Shown: positions 1 through 6,955 of the stretch, piece after piece
Numbering within the stretch: position 1 is the stretch's first letter
How the letters are laid out: each line of letters starts with the position of its first letter
DNA from: an uncultured Oscillospiraceae bacterium
GTDB taxonomy: Bacteria > Bacillota > Clostridia > Oscillospirales > Oscillospiraceae
Direction: 5' to 3'
DNA: 64,000 nt
Assembly: GCA_947584295.1 (NCBI GenBank)
Contig: CANPWM010000002.1
Span: forward strand, 7,937-71,936
Translations under genes and position numbers: made by a program
The notes under the pieces: model-generated
What the model saw: only the letters and a program-made list of their open reading frames with translations
What the model was told of the DNA's origin: nothing
The model's database searches: none

Positions 1-1
1 C

Positions 2-133
2 GAGGTGAAGATGAAGGAGCAGGCCGGGGTCACCAGCCGCTGTATCCCCTTTGAACAGCACCACATCGGCGATGTCTGCCCCGTGTGCGGCAAGCCCGCC
101 CAGCACATGGTCATCTGGGGCATCGCCTACTGA
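2..133 (+). CDS. proS: proline--tRNA ligase, C-terminal fragment (5' end outside window)
   Basis: Open frame from the window edge to TGA at 131-133. The tail RCIPFEQHHIGDVCPVCGKPAQHMVIWGIAY* resembles the Cys-containing, Tyr-terminated C-terminus of archaeal-type ProRS. A hairpin terminator follows. Confidence 0.55.
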   Translation, partial: EVKMKEQAGVTSRCIPFEQHHIGDVCPVCGKPAQHMVIWGIAY

Positions 134-177
134 TCCGCCCCGCAAACCTATGGTAAATTAAATTGATTTTACAGACT

Positions 178-216
178 AAAAGCCTCCATACCCCAAAAGG
201 TATGGAGGCTTTTTTG
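178..216. terminator. bidirectional intrinsic terminator between proS and yabR
   Basis: AAAAGCCTCCATACC-ccaaaa-GGTATGGAGGCTTTTTT: 13-15 bp stem with an A-run upstream and a T-run downstream, between convergent genes. Confidence 0.8.
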
Positions 217-236
217 ATTTTGTTATGGACAGGCGC

Positions 237-680
237 TTATCTTCTTCTCCGATTACTGCCCCGCTCGGATTTGCGCATGGCGTCGGAGATCTTGCCCTCG
301 GAGTCCTTCATGAAGCGTTTGAGCTTGTCCTCAAAGGCGGCGTCCACGGGGCCCTCCGGCGGGACCGCCGCGTAGGGATCCGGCGTGAACTGCGGGGCGG
401 GGCGGGACGGGGCGGCATGGGGCTGTTTGGGACGCGGCTCCGGGCGCGGCTGGGCCTGCTTGATGGACAGATTGATCCTGCCCTGCTCGTCGATGCTCAG
501 TACCTTGACCTGCACCTCCTGGCCCACCGAGACGAAGTCCGCCACGTTGGAAACGAACGTGTTGGCGATCTCAGAGATATACACCAGGCCCGACTTCCCC
601 GGCGCCAGCTGAACGAAAGCGCCGAATTTGGTGATCCCGGTGACCTTGCCGGTCAATACCGCTCCCTTTTGAATGTCCAT
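237..680 (-). CDS. yabR: S1 RNA-binding domain protein (YabR-like)
   Basis: N-terminal S1 fold motif GAVLTGKVTGITKFGAFVQL...GLVYISEI...VGQEVQVKVLSIDEQGRINLSIK. Conserved position after divIC. Confidence 0.8.
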   Translation of the reverse strand: MDIQKGAVLTGKVTGITKFGAFVQLAPGKSGLVYISEIANTFVSNVADFVSVGQEVQVKVLSIDEQGRINLSIKQAQPRPEPRPKQPHAAPSRPAPQFTPDPYAAVPPEGPVDAAFEDKLKRFMKDSEGKISDAMRKSERGSNRRRR

Positions 681-728
681 TCTTTTTCCTCTCTCAAACG
701 GTCTCCCACGAAATGCCTGCTCTCAGGC

Positions 729-1004
729 TCAATCCTCGCTGTCGATGTAGATCTCCTCGTCGGGGTCGATAAAGCCAAGCTTCCGGGCGATGTCGCGGAT
801 AACGTCCTCCTCCGCGCTATGCTCGATGTCATACTGCATACCGTCCACGCTGGCGGCAAGCTGGGCCTCGTAGCTCTTCAGCTCCTCAAGCTCGCTTCGC
901 TTTTGCTTTTCCAGGTCGCTTTGGCCGATCTTCGTCACCAGCGCGTACACCAGCAGGACCGCCAGGACGATCTTCGTAAGTATACCTGTACGTCTTAACC
1001 GCAT
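729..1004 (-). CDS. divIC: septum formation initiator family protein (DivIC/FtsB)
   Basis: 91 aa with one N-terminal TM helix then a coiled coil (EKQKRSELEELKSYEAQL). Synteny yabP-yabQ-divIC-yabR. Confidence 0.8.
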   Translation of the reverse strand: MRLRRTGILTKIVLAVLLVYALVTKIGQSDLEKQKRSELEELKSYEAQLAASVDGMQYDIEHSAEEDVIRDIARKLGFIDPDEEIYIDSED

Positions 1005-1479
1005 CTTCCGTATCCCTCGCTTTGGGCGCGGAGCCGCGCCGTCTTTTGACAGCTATTATTGTAAACCTTTTTTTCGCAGATGAAAAGGCCTTTTTTAAAA
1101 TTCGTCGAAATTTTTTAAAACTTTTTTCCAAAACCCGTATCGGAGCGGCCAAAATGAACAGGATCCGGCCCACGATGCCCGCCAAAAAGGCGCCGAAGGC
1201 CAGGATCAGCGGGCTGACCGTCAAAAAATAGAGGACGGCCCCCAGGGCGGCCATGAGCTGGAGGAAGATCCTCTGCCGCCCGCCCCCGGCGGACAGCCCC
1301 AGGGCAAAGAGCATAAAGGCCGCCGCGATCCAGAATACGGCGTCCGTCACCCAGGTGACGGCCCGGCCCTTCACGCTCCGCCGCAGGATCCGCATCAGGT
1401 CGTAAAGCACCCCCGCAAAGACGCCGCACAGCAGGGCCGCCCCCGCCTCCGCCAGCTGTGAGCTTACGGTCACCTCCAT
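886..1479 (-). CDS. yabQ: spore cortex biosynthesis protein YabQ-like membrane protein
   Basis: Multi-TM N-terminal half, directly after yabP. The basic low-complexity C-terminal tail overlaps divIC by 119 nt, so the 3' extent is uncertain. Confidence 0.6.
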   Translation of the reverse strand: MEVTVSSQLAEAGAALLCGVFAGVLYDLMRILRRSVKGRAVTWVTDAVFWIAAAFMLFALGLSAGGGRQRIFLQLMAALGAVLYFLTVSPLILAFGAFLAGIVGRILFILAAPIRVLEKSFKKFRRILKKAFSSAKKRFTIIAVKRRRGSAPKARDTEDAVKTYRYTYEDRPGGPAGVRAGDEDRPKRPGKAKAKRA

Positions 1480-1482
1480 AGC

Positions 1483-1770
1483 TCACCTGAAAAGCCTGGC
1501 AAAGAAGCCCTCGCCCTTTACCGGCGCGTCCTCGTACTCCAGCGCGTCCACCTGTCCCGTGACCACCACATCGCCGCTGTCCACGCTGAGCTTCTCCATG
1601 TGCAGCTCCTCCCCGTGGACGATCAGCGTCCCCTGGGTCGTCCCCATGACGATCTCCTGCTCGTTGAAGCTCTCCACGTCCGTCACCCCGGACACCAAAA
1701 GCCTCCTGCGGCCCTCCATGCTCAGGCTGTGGGCCGCCTCCGCCATGGGCCGTCTCTCCTCTCCCGCCAT
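1483..1770 (-). CDS. yabP: sporulation protein YabP
   Basis: 95 aa with a YabP-type pattern (LSMEGRRRLLVSGVTDVESFNEQEIVMGTTQGTLIVHGEELHMEKLSVD). The start may be the internal Met 8 codons downstream. Confidence 0.85.
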   Translation of the reverse strand: MAGEERRPMAEAAHSLSMEGRRRLLVSGVTDVESFNEQEIVMGTTQGTLIVHGEELHMEKLSVDSGDVVVTGQVDALEYEDAPVKGEGFFARLFR

Positions 1771-1892
1771 CTGTCTCCCCCTCTCAGGTCGATTCCACAG
1801 GCCCCCGCGCGGCGGCGCGGTTGTCCCGCTTTAAATATACGGCCCGGGCGCTAAGAATATTTGAGAATTTTTATCATTTTTTGGAAAAGGGG

Positions 1893-1921
1893 TTGACAAA
1901 TCCCTCCCGTGGGTGTATATT
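1893..1921 (+). promoter_or_regulatory. sigma-A-type promoter for the M23 peptidase gene
   Basis: TTGACA (1893-1898), 17-bp spacer, TATATT (1916-1921), AT-rich upstream tract. Confidence 0.6.
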
Positions 1922-1959
1922 TCATTTCGTTACCTTTTGTAACCGTTTTGTAACTTCTG

Positions 1960-3054
1960 ATGTTTGGAGAGATTTTCTTGTTTTTCAAAGATCCCCGTGA
2001 AACTGTCCTGAGCCGCGCCAAGGCCCGCCGGGTAAAGCTTTTGGCGGGCATGTCGGCCCTGGGCCTCTGCCTGACGCTGACGGCCCTGACCCCCGCGCCG
2101 GTGTCCGCCACCGCCGTATACCGGACGGCGGAGGCCCCGGAGGAAAGCCCGCTTGTGGAGGCCGTGGCCGTGACGGTGGACGGCGTCCACGCCGTGACGG
2201 TGGACAGCCGTGAGACGGCCCTGGCGCTGCTGGAGGAGATCCGGCGCGGGTACGAGACGCCCCTCACCGAGTCCGCGGCGTTCCGGGAGCGCGTGGAGCT
2301 GCTCCCCTGCCTCACCGAGCCGGAGGGCGTGATGGCCCCGGCGGACGCCAGGGCTTTGCTGGATCCGGAGAACACCGCCTCTCCCGTGGCCCTCACCGTC
2401 CTGACCATGGCCCCGGTGACCCGGGAGGAGGCTGTCCCCTTTGTCACCGAGACGGTGCTGATCCCCGACCAGTATTCCGACGAGACCTCCGTCACCCGCT
2501 CCGGCGTGGACGGGTGGGCGGTGAACACCTACTCCGTCATCTACGAAAACGGGCGGGAGGAGCTGGCCACCCTGACGGACAGCAGGATCGTCACAGAGCC
2601 CGTCAGTGAGATCGTGACCCAGGGCGCTCTGCCCGGCTCCCGGTACGACTCCCGTGGCGTGTATATCTGGCCCACCACCGGCGTCCTCACCAGCAAATTC
2701 GGCAGCAGGAACATCAGCATCGGCTCCTCCAACCACAAGGGCATCGACATCGGCAACGCCGCCGGCACCCCGGTGTGCGCCGCCGACGGGGGCGTGGTGA
2801 TCTTCGCCGGAAAAAACGGCGGCTACGGGAATTTCGTGGCCATACAGCACGACAACGGCGCCGTCACCCACTACGCCCATATGCGGAAGATCTTGGTGGA
2901 GGTGGGCCAGCGCGTGGCCCAGGGCCAGCAGATCGGCGAAATGGGCCGGACAGGCACCGCCACGGGGAACCACCTGCATTTTGAGATCCTCCCCGACGGC
3001 GAGACGCGGGTAGATCCCGTGGGCCTGCTCACCGGCGAGCTGCAGCGGTATTGA
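1960..3054 (+). CDS. M23 family metallopeptidase (secreted, LytM-like)
   Basis: C-terminal HKGIDIG...GNFVAIQHDNGAVTHYAHM...GRTGTATGNHLHFEI motifs and an N-terminal signal/TM segment. The start is uncertain; TTG at 1978 has a better SD. Confidence 0.85.
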   Translation: MFGEIFLFFKDPRETVLSRAKARRVKLLAGMSALGLCLTLTALTPAPVSATAVYRTAEAPEESPLVEAVAVTVDGVHAVTVDSRETALALLEEIRRGYETPLTESAAFRERVELLPCLTEPEGVMAPADARALLDPENTASPVALTVLTMAPVTREEAVPFVTETVLIPDQYSDETSVTRSGVDGWAVNTYSVIYENGREELATLTDSRIVTEPVSEIVTQGALPGSRYDSRGVYIWPTTGVLTSKFGSRNISIGSSNHKGIDIGNAAGTPVCAADGGVVIFAGKNGGYGNFVAIQHDNGAVTHYAHMRKILVEVGQRVAQGQQIGEMGRTGTATGNHLHFEILPDGETRVDPVGLLTGELQRY

Positions 3055-3112
3055 CCGGGCGAACGCTTTGGGGCGTTTCAGAAAAATTCCGGGGAAGTTT
3101 GCGAAAAAAGCC

Positions 3113-3141
3113 TTGACAACGGTTGCAAAATACCCTATAAT
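3113..3141 (+). promoter_or_regulatory. consensus sigma-A promoter for tRNA-Ser
   Basis: TTGACA (3113-3118), exactly 17 bp, TATAAT (3136-3141), about 35 nt upstream of the tRNA. Confidence 0.75.
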
Positions 3142-3176
3142 AGCAAGGCTTGCATAAAGAACCACTCAACCGGAAT

Positions 3177-3269
3177 GGAGAAGTCGCGTAGCCCGGTCGA
3201 GCGCGCACGATTGGAAATCGTGTAGGGGTCAAAAGCTCCTCGAGGGTTCGAATCCCTCCTTCTCCGCCA
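3177..3269 (+). tRNA. tRNA-Ser (anticodon GGA), CCA encoded
   Basis: Acceptor GGAGAAG/CTTCTCC; anticodon stem CACGA/TCGTG with loop TTGGAAA (anticodon GGA); long variable arm; T arm GAGGG-TTCGAAT-CCCTC; discriminator G plus CCA. Confidence 0.9.
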
Positions 3270-3274
3270 AAAAA

Positions 3275-3317
3275 AGCGTTGGAAGTGCTGGAAAGTCAGT
3301 AATTCCAACGCTTTTTC
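3275..3317 (+). terminator. intrinsic terminator after tRNA-Ser
   Basis: AGCGTTGGAA ... TTCCAACGCT stem followed by TTTTT. Confidence 0.75.
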
Positions 3318-3426
3318 ATTTGTTAACGCATGGTGGGAAAAAGCTCGAAATGGTGGGGTTATCGTGTAAAAATCGTGTAGTAGCCGCTCTTTTCTGGAGG
3401 GTTTTTTGAGTGAATAAAGGAGATTA

Positions 3427-3480
3427 TTTCAATCAGAAGGGGAACCCTGACGGTTCCCCTTCCCAACCCTTCCCTCCGAA
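3427..3480 (+). repeat. R1 palindromic repeat, copy 1
   Basis: GAAGGGGAACC-ctgac-GGTTCCCCTTC core plus the conserved tail CCAACCCTTCCCTCCGAA. Matches copies at 4298, 4348 and 24931 (reverse). Confidence 0.85.
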
Positions 3481-3517
3481 AACTGGGACACAGTAAAATA
3501 TTTGTCATGAAAAGCGC

Positions 3518-3546
3518 TTGCTATTGTCCGTACAATCGTGTATAAT
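3518..3546 (+). promoter_or_regulatory. promoter of the relB/parE operon
   Basis: TTGCTA, 17 bp, TATAAT (3541-3546). An AAAGGAG SD lies 8 nt before the ATG at 3577. Confidence 0.6.
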
Positions 3547-3576
3547 ATATATAGGAACTGAAAGGAGCTGCGGAAA

Positions 3577-3882
3577 ATGGCAAAAACGGCAAATCTGTAC
3601 GCGAGGATCGAGCCTGAACTCAAGGAGCAGGCGGAGGAGATCCTTTTGACCCTCGGCATCCCCGCTTCCAACGCCATCACCATGTTTTACAGGCAGATCG
3701 TCCTTCAACGCGGACTGCCCTTTGACGTGAAGCTTCCGGCGAATGTCCCTGCGGATGTGAGCAAGCTCACAGAAACGGAGCTGGACGCAGAGCTTGAGAA
3801 GGGGTATGCCGATGTAAAGGCCGGAAAGACCCGTGACGCCGGGAGCGTCTTTGCGGATATCCGCAGGGACTATGGCATATGA
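3577..3882 (+). CDS. type II antitoxin, RelB/DinJ family
   Basis: N-terminal ribbon-helix-helix pattern ANLYARIEPELKEQAEEILLTLGIPASNAITMFYRQIVLQRGLPF. A 4-nt overlap links it to the downstream toxin gene. Confidence 0.85.
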   Translation: MAKTANLYARIEPELKEQAEEILLTLGIPASNAITMFYRQIVLQRGLPFDVKLPANVPADVSKLTETELDAELEKGYADVKAGKTRDAGSVFADIRRDYGI

Positions 3883-4202
3883 CGTACCGCGTGACGATCT
3901 CCGCCCAGGCTGACGCGGATCTTCGTGGGATATATGAGTATATCGCGTTCAAGCTTCGCTCCATGATCAACACCGTGGGGCAGCTTGAACGATTGGAGAA
4001 GGCCATCCGGGGGCTGGACAAAATGCCGGAGAGGTATGCTCTCTATGGATCGGGCAAATGGGCGAAGAGGGGACTTCGTAAAATGCCGGTGGACAACTAT
4101 CTCGTATTCTACATTCCGGATAACGAGACCCGAACCGTCAATGTCATCCGGGTCATGTACGGCGGGATGGATGTGAAACGGGAGTTGGAAAGCAACACGT
4201 AA
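3879..4202 (+). CDS. type II toxin, ParE/RelE superfamily
   Basis: 107 aa. YRVTISAQADADLRGIYEYI ... YLVFYIPDNETRTVNVIRVMYGGMD is the typical ParE-like layout. Start overlaps the antitoxin stop (ATGA). Confidence 0.85.
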   Translation: MTYRVTISAQADADLRGIYEYIAFKLRSMINTVGQLERLEKAIRGLDKMPERYALYGSGKWAKRGLRKMPVDNYLVFYIPDNETRTVNVIRVMYGGMDVKRELESNT

Positions 4203-4297
4203 GCACAACGAGAAACGCCCTATTGAAAAGTAGGATTTTTAACCACTTACTCCAAAAAATCCAATAGGGCGGGGATTTTTTGGTGGAGAAGGAGACA

Positions 4298-4343
4298 ATT
4301 TCAACCGGAAGGGGAACCCTGATGGTTCCCCTTCCAACCGCCG
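4298..4343 (+). repeat. R1 palindromic repeat, copy 2 (truncated tail)
   Basis: GGAAGGGGAACC-ctgat-GGTTCCCCTTCC, lacking the CCCTTCCYTCCG tail. Confidence 0.8.
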
Positions 4344-4347
4344 CACG

Positions 4348-4414
4348 GCGGCGGGTGATTGAATCGGAAGGGGAACCCTGACGGTTCCCCTTCCAAACCC
4401 TTCCTTCCGAACAT
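4348..4414 (+). repeat. R1 palindromic repeat, copy 3 (full length)
   Basis: GGCGGCGGGTGATTGAATCGGAAGGGGAACCCTGACGGTTCCCCTTCCAAACCCTTCCTTCCGAACA. Nearly identical to the reverse complement of 24931-24994. Confidence 0.85.
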
Positions 4415-4460
4415 ACGGAAGCCTGATTTATTACGCAAATGTTCTGTACGGGCCGGACGC

Positions 4461-4568
4461 GTCGTCGCGGAACCGGCTTCACCTCGCATCCCCGCAGGGC
4501 GGGAACACTCAGGCGCACGGTTCGCTCCTCCTTTCCCCGTCGGGCAACGGCCCGATGGGGCCCCCAAT
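4461..4568 (+). repeat. R2 structured repeat, copy a (inside an R3 hairpin loop)
   Basis: GTCGTCGCGG-GAACCG...CGGTTC-GCTCCTCCTTTCCCC-hairpin-GGGGCCCCCAAT. Flanked by GGGCCG / CGGCCC, the two arms of an R3 palindrome. Confidence 0.85.
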
Positions 4569-4899
4569 GCGGCCCGCCAAACGAATTACGAAAAAGCCAT
4601 CGTACAATCTTGTAGGGGCCGCCGTCCCCGGCGGCCCGCCGAATTTCCGGCGCATTGCGTATAACGCGCCCATGTATCAAATTCTTGGAATTCTTTCCTA
4701 AATGTCAGTAGAGGCGGGTTCAAAACCCGCCTGCCAAATTCCCGGAAATTTAATTTCATCGCCGTACGGGCCGGACACCCGGCCGGCCCGCCATTCGAAT
4801 GACAATTTCGCCCTCCCAAAAAGGTTGGGGCTACGCCGCGTATTGAAAAAATGTCGGGCCGCCTCTCTTGGCGGCCCCTACATTGGAAATTCGATTCTT

Positions 4900-5499
4900 T
4901 TACATTTTCGCCTCCGCCCCCTGCTTCTCTCCGCCATACAGCATATGCGCTTTTTTCAGGGGCCGCTTCAGGGCCGGATAGAGCAGGGCGGCGCAGACCA
5001 TAGCGATAACACCGTTCACCAGCGTCGTCGGAAGCTTCACCGCCACGGTCTCGGCAATGGAAACCTGCCAGGTAAAGCCGCGCACAAGCACCCCGGACAG
5101 AATATTTTTCGTCACATACAAAAGGCAGTAGGTCAGCGTTCCCCCCAGGCCCGCCAGCCACGTCCTCAGATTTTCCGGTATTATACGAATATGGTGCATG
5201 ATAAGCCCAGCCACAAACGTCATCAGGAACTTGTTGATAAAAGTCATCCAGAAATCCGCCGCCCAGGTGGGATCTGTCAGATCCACAAGAGCGTTGCCCA
5301 GCCCCGCTGCCAGCCCGCCGGTAAGCGGCCCGAAAAGCAGGGCGGAGAGGATACACATGGCGTTGCCCACAGAGAGGGCCGTCCTCCCCAGCGGACTGGG
5401 AATGGGGATACTCACAAACTTTGTCAGCACAAAGATAAGCGCCGCCAACACCGCGGTAAGCGATATATTTCGGATCGTGAAAAACCTTTTCTTTTCCAT
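4900..5499 (-). CDS. ECF transporter S component (substrate unknown)
   Basis: 199 aa with about 6 TM segments. Typical ECF-S features: N-terminal RNISLTAVLAALIFVL, a GNAxxD region, no ATPase domain. No riboswitch recognised upstream. Confidence 0.65.
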   Translation of the reverse strand: MEKKRFFTIRNISLTAVLAALIFVLTKFVSIPIPSPLGRTALSVGNAMCILSALLFGPLTGGLAAGLGNALVDLTDPTWAADFWMTFINKFLMTFVAGLIMHHIRIIPENLRTWLAGLGGTLTYCLLYVTKNILSGVLVRGFTWQVSIAETVAVKLPTTLVNGVIAMVCAALLYPALKRPLKKAHMLYGGEKQGAEAKM

Positions 5500-5632
5500 C
5501 GTCCATAGCTCCTTCCAAGCCTGTTGTCAGGAGCTATTATACAACCGTCTGGTAATATTTAAATAGCCAGAAAAATATTATTTTTTATATCCAGTTTTCC
5601 TTATGTATCGGCAGCCCCCTTTCCCCTCCCCC

Positions 5633-6199
5633 TCACGTCTCATAGGGGCTTTCCAGGGAATAATCCCAGCGTTCCCCGCCGCGAAAGGCGTCCCGGAAAT
5701 AGTTGTGCCTGCCGTCCCCGGCGAACCAGAAATACCCCGCCGGGAGGACGCGGCCCGTGTCGTCAAGGCCGTTTTTCTCGTCGTTCCACCGCTTCAGCAC
5801 GTCCCCCGCCAGGGTGAGGAATTCCTCCTCCAGCGGCGCCCGATCCGGATAGTAAAACTGCCCCGGCGCTGTCACCACCTCCGCGATGGTCTCCCCCTCA
5901 AAGGCCGGACTGTCCAGGCGGTTCAGCACCGTCCAGGCCACGCACGCACGCTCCGTGTCGCTGCCGATGCCCCTGGCCTCCGCCCAGATGAGCCTTGCCA
6001 GCATCTCCACGTCGGCCTGGGTGTAATAGGTCACATAATCGTCGTCTTCCTGCGGGGGCTTGTCCACCGGCTCCAGACGCGCCTCCTCCGTCAAGGCCAC
6101 AGGGCGGCTGGCGGCTTTTTCATAGCACGTCTTGGCGCAGGCGGGCATGGCGGCCAGCACCATGACCCCGGCGATCAGGCCAAGCAAAACGGTTCTCAT
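5633..6199 (-). CDS. cell wall hydrolase, SleB-like (Hydrolase_2 family)
   Basis: Signal peptide, then LARLIWAEARGIGSDTERACVAWTVLNRL...APGQF, characteristic of spore cortex-lytic SleB-type hydrolase domains. Confidence 0.75.
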   Translation of the reverse strand: MRTVLLGLIAGVMVLAAMPACAKTCYEKAASRPVALTEEARLEPVDKPPQEDDDYVTYYTQADVEMLARLIWAEARGIGSDTERACVAWTVLNRLDSPAFEGETIAEVVTAPGQFYYPDRAPLEEEFLTLAGDVLKRWNDEKNGLDDTGRVLPAGYFWFAGDGRHNYFRDAFRGGERWDYSLESPYET

Positions 6200-6271
6200 C
6201 AGATCACACTCCTTGTCCCAATCCTATGCGGCAGGGCGTGTGAATATTCCTATTATTTTGAAAAAGGGCAT

Positions 6272-6302
6272 CAAAAACGACGGGACAGCATCGGCTGTCC
6301 CG
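6272..6302 (-). terminator. intrinsic terminator of the CBS gene
   Basis: GGGACAGC-cgat-GCTGTCCC on the minus strand, followed by GTCGTTTTTGA. Confidence 0.7.
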
Positions 6303-6330
6303 CCTTCCGCGACGACGAATTATATTAGTA

Positions 6331-6759
6331 TTAGGCTTCGGTAAATTCCTCGTCCAGCGGCGGCAGCTCCCGGCCCGCCAGCTCCGCGATGATCATGCGA
6401 CGGGTGACGATGCCGCACAGCGCCCCCCGGTCGTCCACCACCGGGACGAAATTCTGCTGGAGCGCCGCGTCGATCAGCTTATCCTCGCTGGCCGTGATGG
6501 CGATAGGCGGGCAGAAGTCCCGTCGCATGATCTCCCCCACCGTATGGCGCTCCATCTCCGGCGCGGCGCCGTTCAGCCCGTCGAAATACCGCAGAAAGTC
6601 CCGGTCGTTGACGCACCCGATGAACTTCCCCTCCGGGTCCAGCACCGGTATGGCGGTGTACCCGTGGCGGCGCATCACATCTACGCCCTTGCGGATGGTG
6701 GAGTCGGTCCGCAGGCACACGGTCAGCGCCTTAGGCACCATGATTTTCGCTATGTTCAT
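6331..6759 (-). CDS. CBS domain-containing protein
   Basis: 142 aa with a tandem CBS pair pattern (HGYTAIPVLDPEGKFIGCV ... NFVPVVDDRGALCGIVTRR). Confidence 0.85.
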   Translation of the reverse strand: MNIAKIMVPKALTVCLRTDSTIRKGVDVMRRHGYTAIPVLDPEGKFIGCVNDRDFLRYFDGLNGAAPEMERHTVGEIMRRDFCPPIAITASEDKLIDAALQQNFVPVVDDRGALCGIVTRRMIIAELAGRELPPLDEEFTEA

Positions 6760-6955
6760 ATCGCTTGAACCCCCATGATCCCTGTTTGGATTTGTCTATA
6801 TTGTAACATAAGCCCGGGGCGAATGGGTTAATTTTTTGTGAAGTTTACAAATTGTTCGAAGCTGTGATGCAATTGCGTTTGGTCTTGCGAAAATCGCCCG
6901 GTTGTATTAAAATGTTCCCAGGAACCAAAGCTTCCCCTGAAACGAGGTGTTATCC

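Larger units (their letters stand above)
4298..4899. repeat. mosaic of interspersed GC-rich palindromic units (block Y; R1+R2+R3)
   Basis: A 600-bp spacer with no credible CDS. R3 hairpins of type GTA(C/G)GGGCCG..CGGCCC lie at 4612-4640, 4764-4792, 4855-4881 (reverse), plus one split by R2 at 4448-4458/4569-4578. CGTATAACGC linker motifs are shared with blocks at 20.1 and 25.0 kb. Confidence 0.8.

Noticed and set aside
886-1004. The 119-nt overlap of the yabQ ORF with divIC as evidence of a frameshift or pseudogene
   Set aside because: Both frames are open and each has a plausible N-terminal membrane segment. YabQ C-termini are poorly conserved and basic, so the overlap may simply reflect an over-extended or genuinely overlapping 3' end. 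Sequence alone cannot decide.
1930-3165. Long ORFs on the strand opposite to well-supported genes (for example 1930-3165 -, 7595-9730 -, 13958-15505 +, 15502-16491 +, 16949-18472 +, 21050-22582 +, 23313-24977 +, 27728-28927 +, 31435-33648 -, 40432-42762 +, 44612-45769 +, 49208-50836 +, 53504-54364 -, 54863-55990 -, 59810-61492 +)
   Set aside because: Their translations are Gly/Arg/Pro/His/Ala-rich low-complexity strings with no motifs, typical of stop-codon-poor antisense frames in GC-rich DNA. Each is fully shadowed by a gene with clear family signatures.
3368-3390. A partial tRNA-Ser duplication (AAATCGTGTAG, also present in the tRNA at about 3214-3224) as an integrase att site for the TA region
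   Set aside because: Only 11 nt match, and they correspond to the anticodon-arm/variable-arm junction rather than the tRNA 3' end used by integrases. No integrase gene is present.
3427-4414. A CRISPR array, given the repeated palindromic R1 units
   Set aside because: There are only three local copies with irregular spacing (870 bp, then 5 bp). The units have long conserved flanks, no spacer-like unique segments of uniform length, and no cas genes in the window.
4153-5518. ORFs 4153-4680 (-), 4586-5518 (-), 4702-5508 (+), 20287-20697 (+), 24979-25236 (-) and similar small frames inside the repeat mosaics
   Set aside because: They are read straight through R1/R2/R3 repeat units. The same peptide-like strings recur only because the nucleotide repeats recur. 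Start codons are not conserved between copies and no SD is correctly spaced.
5500-5632. A riboswitch (for example preQ1 or another vitamin class) upstream of the ECF S-component gene
   Set aside because: The 130-nt spacer shows only a promoter-like TTG-TATAAT and a short hairpin overlapping the SD (AGCTCCT...AGGAGCT). I could not recognise any known aptamer core.
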